Assembly: GCA_000437555.1 (NCBI GenBank)
Contig: FR901028.1
Location: forward strand, 128,893 to 192,892
Direction: 5' to 3'
From: Acidaminococcus sp. CAG:917
GTDB lineage: Bacteria > Bacillota > Clostridia > Christensenellales > CAG-917
DNA: 64,000 nt
A model generated the notes under the pieces. That model was given only the letters and a program-made list of their open reading frames with translations, was not told the DNA's origin and did no database searches. Positions 39,375 through 46,340 of this stretch are shown piece after piece (the first letter of the stretch is position 1; each line of letters starts with the position of its first letter). The translations under genes and the position numbers were made by a program.

Positions 39375-39619
39375 CATACAACCTATTCGTTAATTTTACT
39401 TGTTTTATAAGGCGTTTTTAATTCATAGATTCTGTGCTGTTGTATGTATTTCTAAGGGTAAGAGCGCAGGTTATTTGTTTTCAAGTTGCGATAGATTTTG
39501 TTTTTTTGCCTTTTAAGATGCTTAAGCAGTTTTTTAGTATTGGTTTTTTAATTCTTTACAATGGAAATTTGCAGGAAAACTCCGATATGTCTTTTTGCGT
39601 CAATTTTTTCTGTTTTTTG

Positions 39620-39661
39620 TGTGGATAAATATGCATATTTGGTGGAAAAGCCTGTGGAAAA
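39620..39661. promoter_or_regulatory. Three co-oriented DnaA boxes
   Basis: TGTGGATAA 39620-39628 (perfect), GGTGGAAAA 39641-39649 (2 mismatches), TGTGGAAAA 39653-39661 (1 mismatch). Confidence 0.7.
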
Positions 39662-39777
39662 GCATATTTTTGTCTGTTTTTGCTCATTATGAAACATAGT
39701 CGTTTTGCCGTCAATTTCTCTTCGTTTTTACTTTTGTTCGGCATGATTGTGCGTCCGATTTCTTTTAATTTTTCTTA

Positions 39778-39793
39778 TGTTTCACGTGAAACA
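39778..39793. promoter_or_regulatory. parS site, perfect 16-bp palindrome TGTTTCACGTGAAACA
   Basis: Matches the Spo0J/ParB parS consensus TGTTNCACGTGAAACA at 16 of 16 positions. Confidence 0.85.
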
Positions 39794-39818
39794 TTTTATT
39801 TTTGATTTTTACGGTGAT

Positions 39819-39834
39819 TGTTCCACGTGAAACG
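39819..39834. promoter_or_regulatory. parS site TGTTCCACGTGAAACG (1 mismatch)
   Basis: 15 of 16 match to the parS consensus. Centre lies 41 bp from the first site. Followed by hairpin AAAACGCC-gtatttag-GGCGTTTT. Confidence 0.8.
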
Positions 39835-40049
39835 GAAAAACGCCGTATTTAGGGCGTTTTGGGCGTATTTTTGCTTAAAAAACGGGCATTTTGCTTAATA
39901 AAATGAGTCCGAAAGCCTTTTTGAATAAGACGGATACAATAAAGAAATTATGCTGAAGAGACGAGAAAAGTAAGCGTTAATACCGCCGAAACGGATATGG
40001 AGAATTTAATTTGTCGCTGACTCGGATTCGCCGTAGAAATTTGCGAAAC

Positions 40050-40100
40050 TTATCCCCTTTTTTTTGATATATCCACAACAAAGTGGTGCGATGTGGATAA
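40050..40100. promoter_or_regulatory. DnaA-box trio including a convergent pair
   Basis: TTATCCCCT 40050-40058 (2 mismatches), ATATCCACA 40069-40077 (1 mismatch), TGTGGATAA 40092-40100 (perfect, opposite orientation). Confidence 0.7.
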
Positions 40101-40541
40101 ACGTATTTAAACTGATATTTTTATCGTATAATTCCGTTCAGATGACCCAAAATAAATGTAATCCGCTCTTCGATATCTCGTTTTTTGCTCGGATAGGTAA
40201 AGAAACATATAAAAGGTATTAAAAGTTTCCTTATTATTAAATCTGCACGAGTTCCGACGGAGTTTAGTTTAAATACATAAAAAGCTTTTGCGGATATTGT
40301 TGCAAAAGGATAAACTGTCATTTTTGCGGTATTGTTTTTAATCCATACGTCGGCTGCCATAAAGACGGAGAGTTATTTTTTGAAAAGCCGTATTTTTTTT
40401 AGGATTGGAAATGAATTCAATAATTCATCCGGGAACGGTTAGCAAAATTTTGCCGATTGAATTTGCCTGTTGTCGGAATTAAATACGGCATTATAATACA
40501 TAATTAATCTGTCGGAAATCATATCCGAAAAAGGAGTTTTG

Positions 40542-40691
40542 ATGAAATGCTTTGAATGCGGTAAAGAAATCGCGGAAGACGAAACTTTTTATTGCCCGAG
40601 ATGCGGAGCGACGGTTTGCAATAATTGCAACGATATAAATGAAAACGTCTGTCCTTATTGCAACAGGTCGAATCTATATTTATATAATTAA
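40542..40691 (+). CDS. 49-aa Cys-rich double zinc-ribbon microprotein (hypothetical)
   Basis: Not in the ORF track (under 60 aa). Sequence MKCFECGKEIAEDETFYCPRCGATVCNNCNDINENVCPYCNRSNLYLYN, with four CxxC pairs. RBS AAGGAG 5 nt upstream. Possible promoter TTGTCG-16-TATAAT at 40470-40497. Confidence 0.45.
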   Translation: MKCFECGKEIAEDETFYCPRCGATVCNNCNDINENVCPYCNRSNLYLYN

Positions 40692-40925
40692 AATGCGGCA
40701 ATGCATAAAGCTGCGTTAAACTGCAATTTATTTTTGCTCGGTCGCTAAAGCCATATCGATGAGTTAAGAATCTTTTAAGCTTCTGAATTGAAATTAAAAA
40801 GCGGCTTAGATAAGGTTAGAATATTTGTTTTGAAAAGAGTAATTGAAAATATAGCAACGGAATAGGGTTGACTGTTAAAAAGGATTTAAAATATTGATAT
40901 GAGAGAAAACCCGATAAACGCAAAT

Positions 40926-40941
40926 TGTTTCACGTGAAACC
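40926..40941. promoter_or_regulatory. parS site TGTTTCACGTGAAACC (1 mismatch)
   Basis: 15 of 16 match to the parS consensus. Confidence 0.8.
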
Positions 40942-41681
40942 GTTTGCGTTTATACTTTAAAAAACATATAAAACAAAGAATTTGAATAATAGTCATTGTC
41001 CAAGTGCCGAATAAAAAATTTTTCATAAAAAACAATAAGGAAATCAAGAATAACGCTATCCAATAAATTCGAGGGAAAAGCGGTATGTTATTTACCGAAA
41101 CATACCGACTCATATGACGATTTTATAAATAGGCGACTATCGTCATATTAATTATGCTTTAACAGCGAATAAGGTGTAAAAAAGACAAAAAGCAAAAGGG
41201 AACATTTGCAAAGACTGCCGAAATAAAGCTTTGAAAGCTTTAAAACAGACATTGAAAATTTAAAAAAAAGAGACTTTTATAAATTTAAAAATCAGCCAAA
41301 CAAAATAAAAAATAAAGAGCTGCAATATACGGAGCAAATGGGTAAATTGAAAGTTCGGGAATTATACCGCGAATAGATTAAGCAAATATGAATAAAGACG
41401 GAAAGAGAAAAAATATGCTGCAAGAAGCGAAAACCGAAATCGAACGCGTCGGTCAAAAAAAAGGGAATTGAGGTCAAAAGTCGCTGAAAAGTAAAAAAAA
41501 TATACAGTTAGAATAAGTTAACTTGTAAATTAAAAGGCTGAAAAATATTTTATAAAAGCTGAAATTGAAGACAGAGCAGCCCTTTAAAAAGTCAAATACG
41601 GCGTAGAACGCGATATTTAACGCGGTAAACGGCAGTTTGATTATTTATACGGCGGAAAATTTAAGCCTTAATAAAGGCGTT

Positions 41682-43052
41682 TTACGGCGTGACTGAAATT
41701 TGCACCGGGTCGGACGAAGTATAGCCGTCTTTAGTTGCCACGATTTGAATAACGTCGTTTTCGGTTATAGGTAAAGAAGAAAAATCGTAGAAACGGCTAT
41801 CCGACACAACGGCAACCAGAGCGTTGTTTAAATAAATTTCAAAATTTGCCGAAGAAGCATATTCCCAATATAAAACGCCGTCTGAAATATATACGCTTTC
41901 GGGAGCATCGAGTTTAGGTTCGTATACGAAGAAAGTGTATATTTCCGTTATATAAGCGTTATCGTATAAAATAACGGAAAGGTAATTATAACCCGTGTAA
42001 AGAAACGACGAAACGTTTACAAAAATGCAGTAGTATTCCTTATTGTCTATCAGAACCGTCGTTTTTCCCGCAGTTTCGCATTTGTCGAGATTTATGTCGG
42101 GCACGGAAACGATATCGGAGGTAAAGAAGAATGTATCGTTAAGATACAATTCAAAATATTCAACGTTGCTCCGGGCGTAGAAAATGCAGAAACATTCGTC
42201 ACCGATTGCCGAAGCGGAAAGAAACTCGTTTGAAAATATTTCCTCCGGATTGTCGTCGGCGGGCGGTTCGGCTACGGGAATTTCAACGCTAATCGAGCCC
42301 GTGCGGCTAAAACATTCGTTTATCGCCGCGACCTCAATCATGTATGAATTGCCTTCTTTCAGCAAATGCGAAATATCGTAGCTTGATGCAAATACCGTTT
42401 CGATATACGTTCCGTCGACATAAATTTCGTAGCCGAGCGCGTTTTCGCATATATCCCAAGACAAGATACCGCCGCCGAAAGTCAAAACGGGAGCCAAAGG
42501 CGCAAGGACATACTTTGCGTAAACCGAAGTATCGGCGCTTGGATAATAACGGAAAGACTTTCGGTCGGACAAAAGCGAGTCGCCTATATACCAACCGAGA
42601 AAAACGGAATCGTCGTTTTCCGATGCGGTAAGGTCGATACAGTCGTAAACTTGGTGAGCTCCCGTATTTTGATGCGCCGGATTGTTTGAAGAAACGGTAA
42701 CCGTATAGGGTTCAAAGAGATAGGCGAATACGGTTATAAAGGAATCCGATTCCGTAATCTCGAGCGAATTGCAAGAAAAAGTATAACCGTCGGCAGAAAA
42801 AGACAATACGTCTTTAACGTTTAGCGAATCTAAATAAAACGTACCCGTGTCGTCTGTTTGGTAACGCAAAGAGCCGTTTACGAATACGTAAACGTTTGCC
42901 AAAGGCAAATCGCCGAAAGTGATTTTGCCCGATACGAATAATTCGTCTGCGGTCTTTTCTGAAGGGATATTATCGGAATCGTTGCACGCACAAAGTAAAA
43001 TCGGAAGAAAGCAAAGAATAAGCAAAATAAAAATTAAGACCAATAATTTCAT
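41682..43052 (-). CDS. Surface lipoprotein with CarboxypepD_reg-like, Listeria-Bacteroides-repeat-like and Fn3-like modules
   Basis: Signal peptide with Cys (LPILLCAC). VSGKITFGDLPLANVYVFVNG...GTFYL (Cna-B/CarboxypepD_reg-like). FLGWYIGDSLL (Flg_new-like). Two L-x-AP...L-x-W...Y-E-I-Y modules. Confidence 0.7.
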   Translation of the reverse strand: MKLLVLIFILLILCFLPILLCACNDSDNIPSEKTADELFVSGKITFGDLPLANVYVFVNGSLRYQTDDTGTFYLDSLNVKDVLSFSADGYTFSCNSLEITESDSFITVFAYLFEPYTVTVSSNNPAHQNTGAHQVYDCIDLTASENDDSVFLGWYIGDSLLSDRKSFRYYPSADTSVYAKYVLAPLAPVLTFGGGILSWDICENALGYEIYVDGTYIETVFASSYDISHLLKEGNSYMIEVAAINECFSRTGSISVEIPVAEPPADDNPEEIFSNEFLSASAIGDECFCIFYARSNVEYFELYLNDTFFFTSDIVSVPDINLDKCETAGKTTVLIDNKEYYCIFVNVSSFLYTGYNYLSVILYDNAYITEIYTFFVYEPKLDAPESVYISDGVLYWEYASSANFEIYLNNALVAVVSDSRFYDFSSLPITENDVIQIVATKDGYTSSDPVQISVTP

Positions 43053-43181
43053 AAGTAACCTATAAGGGCGTCAAAAGGGCGTAAGACGCCGGTAACGAAT
43101 AAAATATATTAAGTATAAAAACGCAATCCAAAGCCGAATACGCCCCTTTCGGGGCGTATAAATTATCAAAGCGAAATCAGT

Positions 43182-43970
43182 TTAAGCGCTTGGCCATTCG
43201 GCAACGGACGAGCGGTAACCTTCCGCAAAAGCGGTAACGGTGAAGCTATCGACGGGAGTGTCCAAAAGTATATAGTTTTGAGTCAGGTTATAAGTGGAAA
43301 CAGATTCGCCCGAGACGACTTCTAAGATATAGCCTTCCGCATGATTGACTTTTGACCAGGTTACGAGATAGCTTCCGATATATGCGACGGAAAGATTTTT
43401 GGCAGGAGCTAACAGAGGCGTATATAAAATGTTTAAATAAGACGGCATTGAATATTCTCCGTTAGCTTCAGAAACAACCGAAACGCAGTAAGCGCCGCCC
43501 GAAAGAATATAATTTGAAAGGTTTATTTGCGTGTCGGTAACGTCAGCCACTTTGATTTTGGAGACATATACGTGATGCACCGTCGCAGAAGAATCGGCGT
43601 TGAAATGCAGAAAGTCTCCGTCGAAATACAAAGCCGACGGTGAATCAAGCGATATGGTATACTCTATCTCCTTTATAAGGGTTCCGTTTGAGTAAACCTC
43701 GATGGTATTTTCGCCGGATTCAAGGTAGTCGCCGATATCGATTAATACGTCGTCCGCAGTTCCGTAAAATACGTAAGAATTCGTATTGGTTATTCGGACT
43801 TCGAAATCGCCGTCGCAAGCAACTTTAAGGCAGTATCTGCCGTCGGAAACTGTCACGGCGAACGATTCTGCAGCGGCGCAGGCTATGGAAAAACAGGGCA
43901 CAAAAGCCAATGCGATAATGCTCAATGCCGCAAAAATAATCGCGGATTTAAAGATAATTGCTCGTTTCAT
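43182..43970 (-). CDS. Secreted protein with repeated Fn3-like modules (paralogous modules shared with the downstream lipoprotein)
   Basis: Start set at ATG 43970 (MKRAIIFKSAIIFAALSIIALAF... signal peptide, AAA-E cleavage-like site); the track start 44006 is TTG. Modules LLAPAKNLSVAYIGSYLVTWSKVNHAEGYILEV. Confidence 0.65.
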   Translation of the reverse strand: MKRAIIFKSAIIFAALSIIALAFVPCFSIACAAAESFAVTVSDGRYCLKVACDGDFEVRITNTNSYVFYGTADDVLIDIGDYLESGENTIEVYSNGTLIKEIEYTISLDSPSALYFDGDFLHFNADSSATVHHVYVSKIKVADVTDTQINLSNYILSGGAYCVSVVSEANGEYSMPSYLNILYTPLLAPAKNLSVAYIGSYLVTWSKVNHAEGYILEVVSGESVSTYNLTQNYILLDTPVDSFTVTAFAEGYRSSVAEWPSA

Positions 43971-43976
43971 TTCAAA

Positions 43977-44006
43977 ATTATAACAAAATTCGACAAAAAA
44001 TAGCAA
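43977..44006 (-). promoter_or_regulatory. Promoter TTGCTA-18-TATAAT ending 6 nt before ATG 43970 (no SD)
   Basis: The minus strand reads TTGCTAttttttgtcgaattttgtTATAATtttgaaATG. Confidence 0.45.
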
Positions 44007-44039
44007 TAGTTATAATGAATAAAAATTTTTTTTTAAAAG

Positions 44040-44048
44040 TTTTCCACA
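44040..44048. promoter_or_regulatory. DnaA box TTTTCCACA (1 mismatch)
   Basis: Direct 9-mer match. Lies 8 bp upstream of the AT tract below. Confidence 0.45.
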
Positions 44049-44056
44049 TTTAGTTG

Positions 44057-44142
44057 TTAATATATAAAATATATATTATAATAATAACAATTTTTTTAAT
44101 ATTATATATACAATATAAATATATAAAAATCAATATAAATAT
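44057..44142. other. 86-bp tract with only three C and no G (about 96% A+T); DUE-like
   Basis: Counted directly: the only non-A/T bases are C at 44088, 44111 and 44131. Contains the direct repeat CAATATAAATAT at 44111 and 44131. Confidence 0.6.
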
Positions 44143-44397
44143 CGGTAAAATACCGTATGAAATCGAAGCAAAAATATCTCGGTTTAAAAGCAGGTTTTTT
44201 GTTCGGGTTCAAAATCGGGCGGAAAATTCAAACCGCTCATTACCGAAACATTCGGGTTTTGACAGTTATGGAAAACCCGACGCTTATATATCGAAAAGAC
44301 GGCGTTTTCCGATTATTTTTTACCGTCTTATAAGCAAGATATCCAGCTAAAAAAGATGCTTGTTTTAATAAATAAAATCACTAAAACGGAGGCTTAA

Positions 44398-46329
44398 ATG
44401 AGCTCAGTTCAACACAGTTATAACGAATCGGATATACAGGTTTTAGAGGGACTCGAACCTGTCAGAAAAAGACCGGGTATGTATATCGGTTCAACCGATT
44501 CAAGAGGCTTGCACCACCTTGTTACCGAAGTCGTCGATAACTCTATCGACGAGGCTTTGGCGGGTTTCTGCACCGATATCGACGTGGAGATAACCAACGA
44601 AGGCGCAATAAAAGTCAAAGACAACGGCAGAGGCATTCCCACGGGTATTATTCCCGGCGAAGGTAAATCGGCGGTTGAAGTAGTTTTGACCAAACTTCAC
44701 GCAGGCGGTAAATTCGGCAGCGGCGGTTATAAAGTTTCGGGCGGTCTGCACGGCGTCGGCGTATCCTGCGTCAATGCTCTGAGCGAATGGCTCGAAGTCG
44801 AGGTAAGGCAAAACGGGAAGGTATACAAACAGATTTTCAACAGAGGAGTTCCTCAGCGTGACCTTGCCGTCGTCGGCGAATCGGACGAAACGGGAACGAC
44901 AATAACTTTTTATCCCGACGACACGATTTTTGAAACGCTCGAGTTTAACTATGATACGTTAAAGGCGAGGCTCAGAGAGCTTGCCTACTTAAACAAAGGT
45001 CTGAAAATCAGAATTACCGATTCAAGAGTAGACCCCGTAAAGAGCGAGCTTTTCTGTTATGAGGGCGGTATAGTTTCTTTTGTAGAGAGTTTAAACAAGA
45101 GCAAGGAAACGGTTTTCCCCGAAGTCATCTATTTCGATAAAAATTATACGGAAACGGTAAAGGGCGTTACCGACACTTACGAGGCGGAAGTCGCTTTTCA
45201 ATATAACGACAGTTACAGCGAAACTATACTCAGTTTTGCAAACAACATAAACACGGAAGAGGGCGGAACGCACCTCGACGGCTTCAAATTCGCCATATCG
45301 AAATGTATAAACGACTACGGCAAAAAGCAGGGGCTCATTAAAGATTCCGAAAAGCTCAGCGGCGAGGACACAAGAGAAGGCATTACCGCCGTCATATCCG
45401 TAAAGCTGGGCAATCCGCAGTTTGAGGGACAGACAAAAACCAAACTCGGCAACAGCGTTGTAAGAAGCATAGTTTCAAAGGCGATTGTGGACGGTTTCGG
45501 AACATATCTCGAGGAGCACCCCAAAGAGGCGAAAGAGCTGATAATGAAAACGCTTACCGCACAGAGGGCGAGAGAGGCGGCAAGAAACGCCAGAGAACTT
45601 GCAAGAAGAAAGAGCCCGCTGGAGACGACCACTCTTCCCGGAAAACTTGCCGACTGCACGGACAAAGAAGCGAAATACTGCGAGATATACCTCGTTGAGG
45701 GCGACAGCGCGGGCGGCACGGCAAAACAGGGCAGAGACAGACGCTTTCAGGCTATATTGCCGCTAAGAGGCAAAATTTTAAACGTCGAAAAGGCAAGGCT
45801 TCACAGAGTGCTCGAAAACGAAGAAATCAAAGCGATGATAACGGCTTTCGGCTGCGGAATACATCAGGACTACGACGAATCCAAGCTCCGTTACGACAGA
45901 ATTATATGTATGACGGATGCCGACGTCGACGGCTCACACATCAGAATACTTATGCTCACCTTCTTCTTCAGATATATGCGTCCGCTCATCGAAAACGGAC
46001 ACGTCTATATCGCTCAGCCGCCGCTGTATAAGGTCAAGACGGGAAAGAAGGAAGAATATTTCTATGACGACGAATCGTTAAACGCTTATCTCGACTCTCT
46101 CGACCGAAAAGGCTATGAAATTCAAAGATATAAAGGTCTGGGCGAGATGAACGCAGAGCAGCTGTGGGAGACAACTATGGACCCGGCAAGAAGGACTCTG
46201 CTTAAGGTCACAATGGAAGACGCAATCGAAGCGGATTCGATAATCAGCACTCTTATGGGCGAAGACGCGGAACTGAGACGTCAATTCATTGAAGAGAACG
46301 CAAAACTCGTGGAAGAGCTTGACGTATAA
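44398..46329 (+). CDS. gyrB: DNA gyrase subunit B
   Basis: [26 protein letters not shown], the GHKL ATPase (DNGRGIP), the Toprim [12 protein letters not shown], and [10 protein letters not shown]. Confidence 0.97.
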   Translation: MSSVQHSYNESDIQVLEGLEPVRKRPGMYIGSTDSRGLHHLVTEVVDNSIDEALAGFCTDIDVEITNEGAIKVKDNGRGIPTGIIPGEGKSAVEVVLTKLHAGGKFGSGGYKVSGGLHGVGVSCVNALSEWLEVEVRQNGKVYKQIFNRGVPQRDLAVVGESDETGTTITFYPDDTIFETLEFNYDTLKARLRELAYLNKGLKIRITDSRVDPVKSELFCYEGGIVSFVESLNKSKETVFPEVIYFDKNYTETVKGVTDTYEAEVAFQYNDSYSETILSFANNINTEEGGTHLDGFKFAISKCINDYGKKQGLIKDSEKLSGEDTREGITAVISVKLGNPQFEGQTKTKLGNSVVRSIVSKAIVDGFGTYLEEHPKEAKELIMKTLTAQRAREAARNARELARRKSPLETTTLPGKLADCTDKEAKYCEIYLVEGDSAGGTAKQGRDRRFQAILPLRGKILNVEKARLHRVLENEEIKAMITAFGCGIHQDYDESKLRYDRIICMTDADVDGSHIRILMLTFFFRYMRPLIENGHVYIAQPPLYKVKTGKKEEYFYDDESLNAYLDSLDRKGYEIQRYKGLGEMNAEQLWETTMDPARRTLLKVTMEDAIEADSIISTLMGEDAELRRQFIEENAKLVEELDV

Positions 46330-46340
46330 GGAGAAGCAAT

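Noticed and set aside
39434-39744. 64-aa (+) and 62-aa (-) ORFs in the ORF-free tract
   Set aside because: They have no RBS and read straight through the DnaA boxes. Their composition is dictated by T- and A-runs, so they were judged non-coding.
40121-40360. 79-aa minus-strand ORF (MAADVWIKNN...), the longest ORF in the tract
   Set aside because: There is no SD upstream and no recognisable family. It could be a gene fragment, but there is nothing to support calling it.
40886-41113. 75-aa hydrophobic minus-strand ORF
   Set aside because: It contains the third parS site and the hairpin repeats, and it has no RBS. The hydrophobicity is explained by T-rich antisense sequence.
44253-44339. Two hairpins in the gyrB 5' region (CGGGTTTT...AAAACCCG; AAGACGG...CCGTCTT), considered as a riboswitch
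   Set aside because: They resemble no riboswitch class I know, and no terminator-like T-run follows. They are probably ordinary leader structure.
44054-44350. 98-aa plus-strand ORF upstream of gyrB
   Set aside because: Its first 30 codons are the 96% A+T tract (I/Y/K/N runs). It is a translation artefact.
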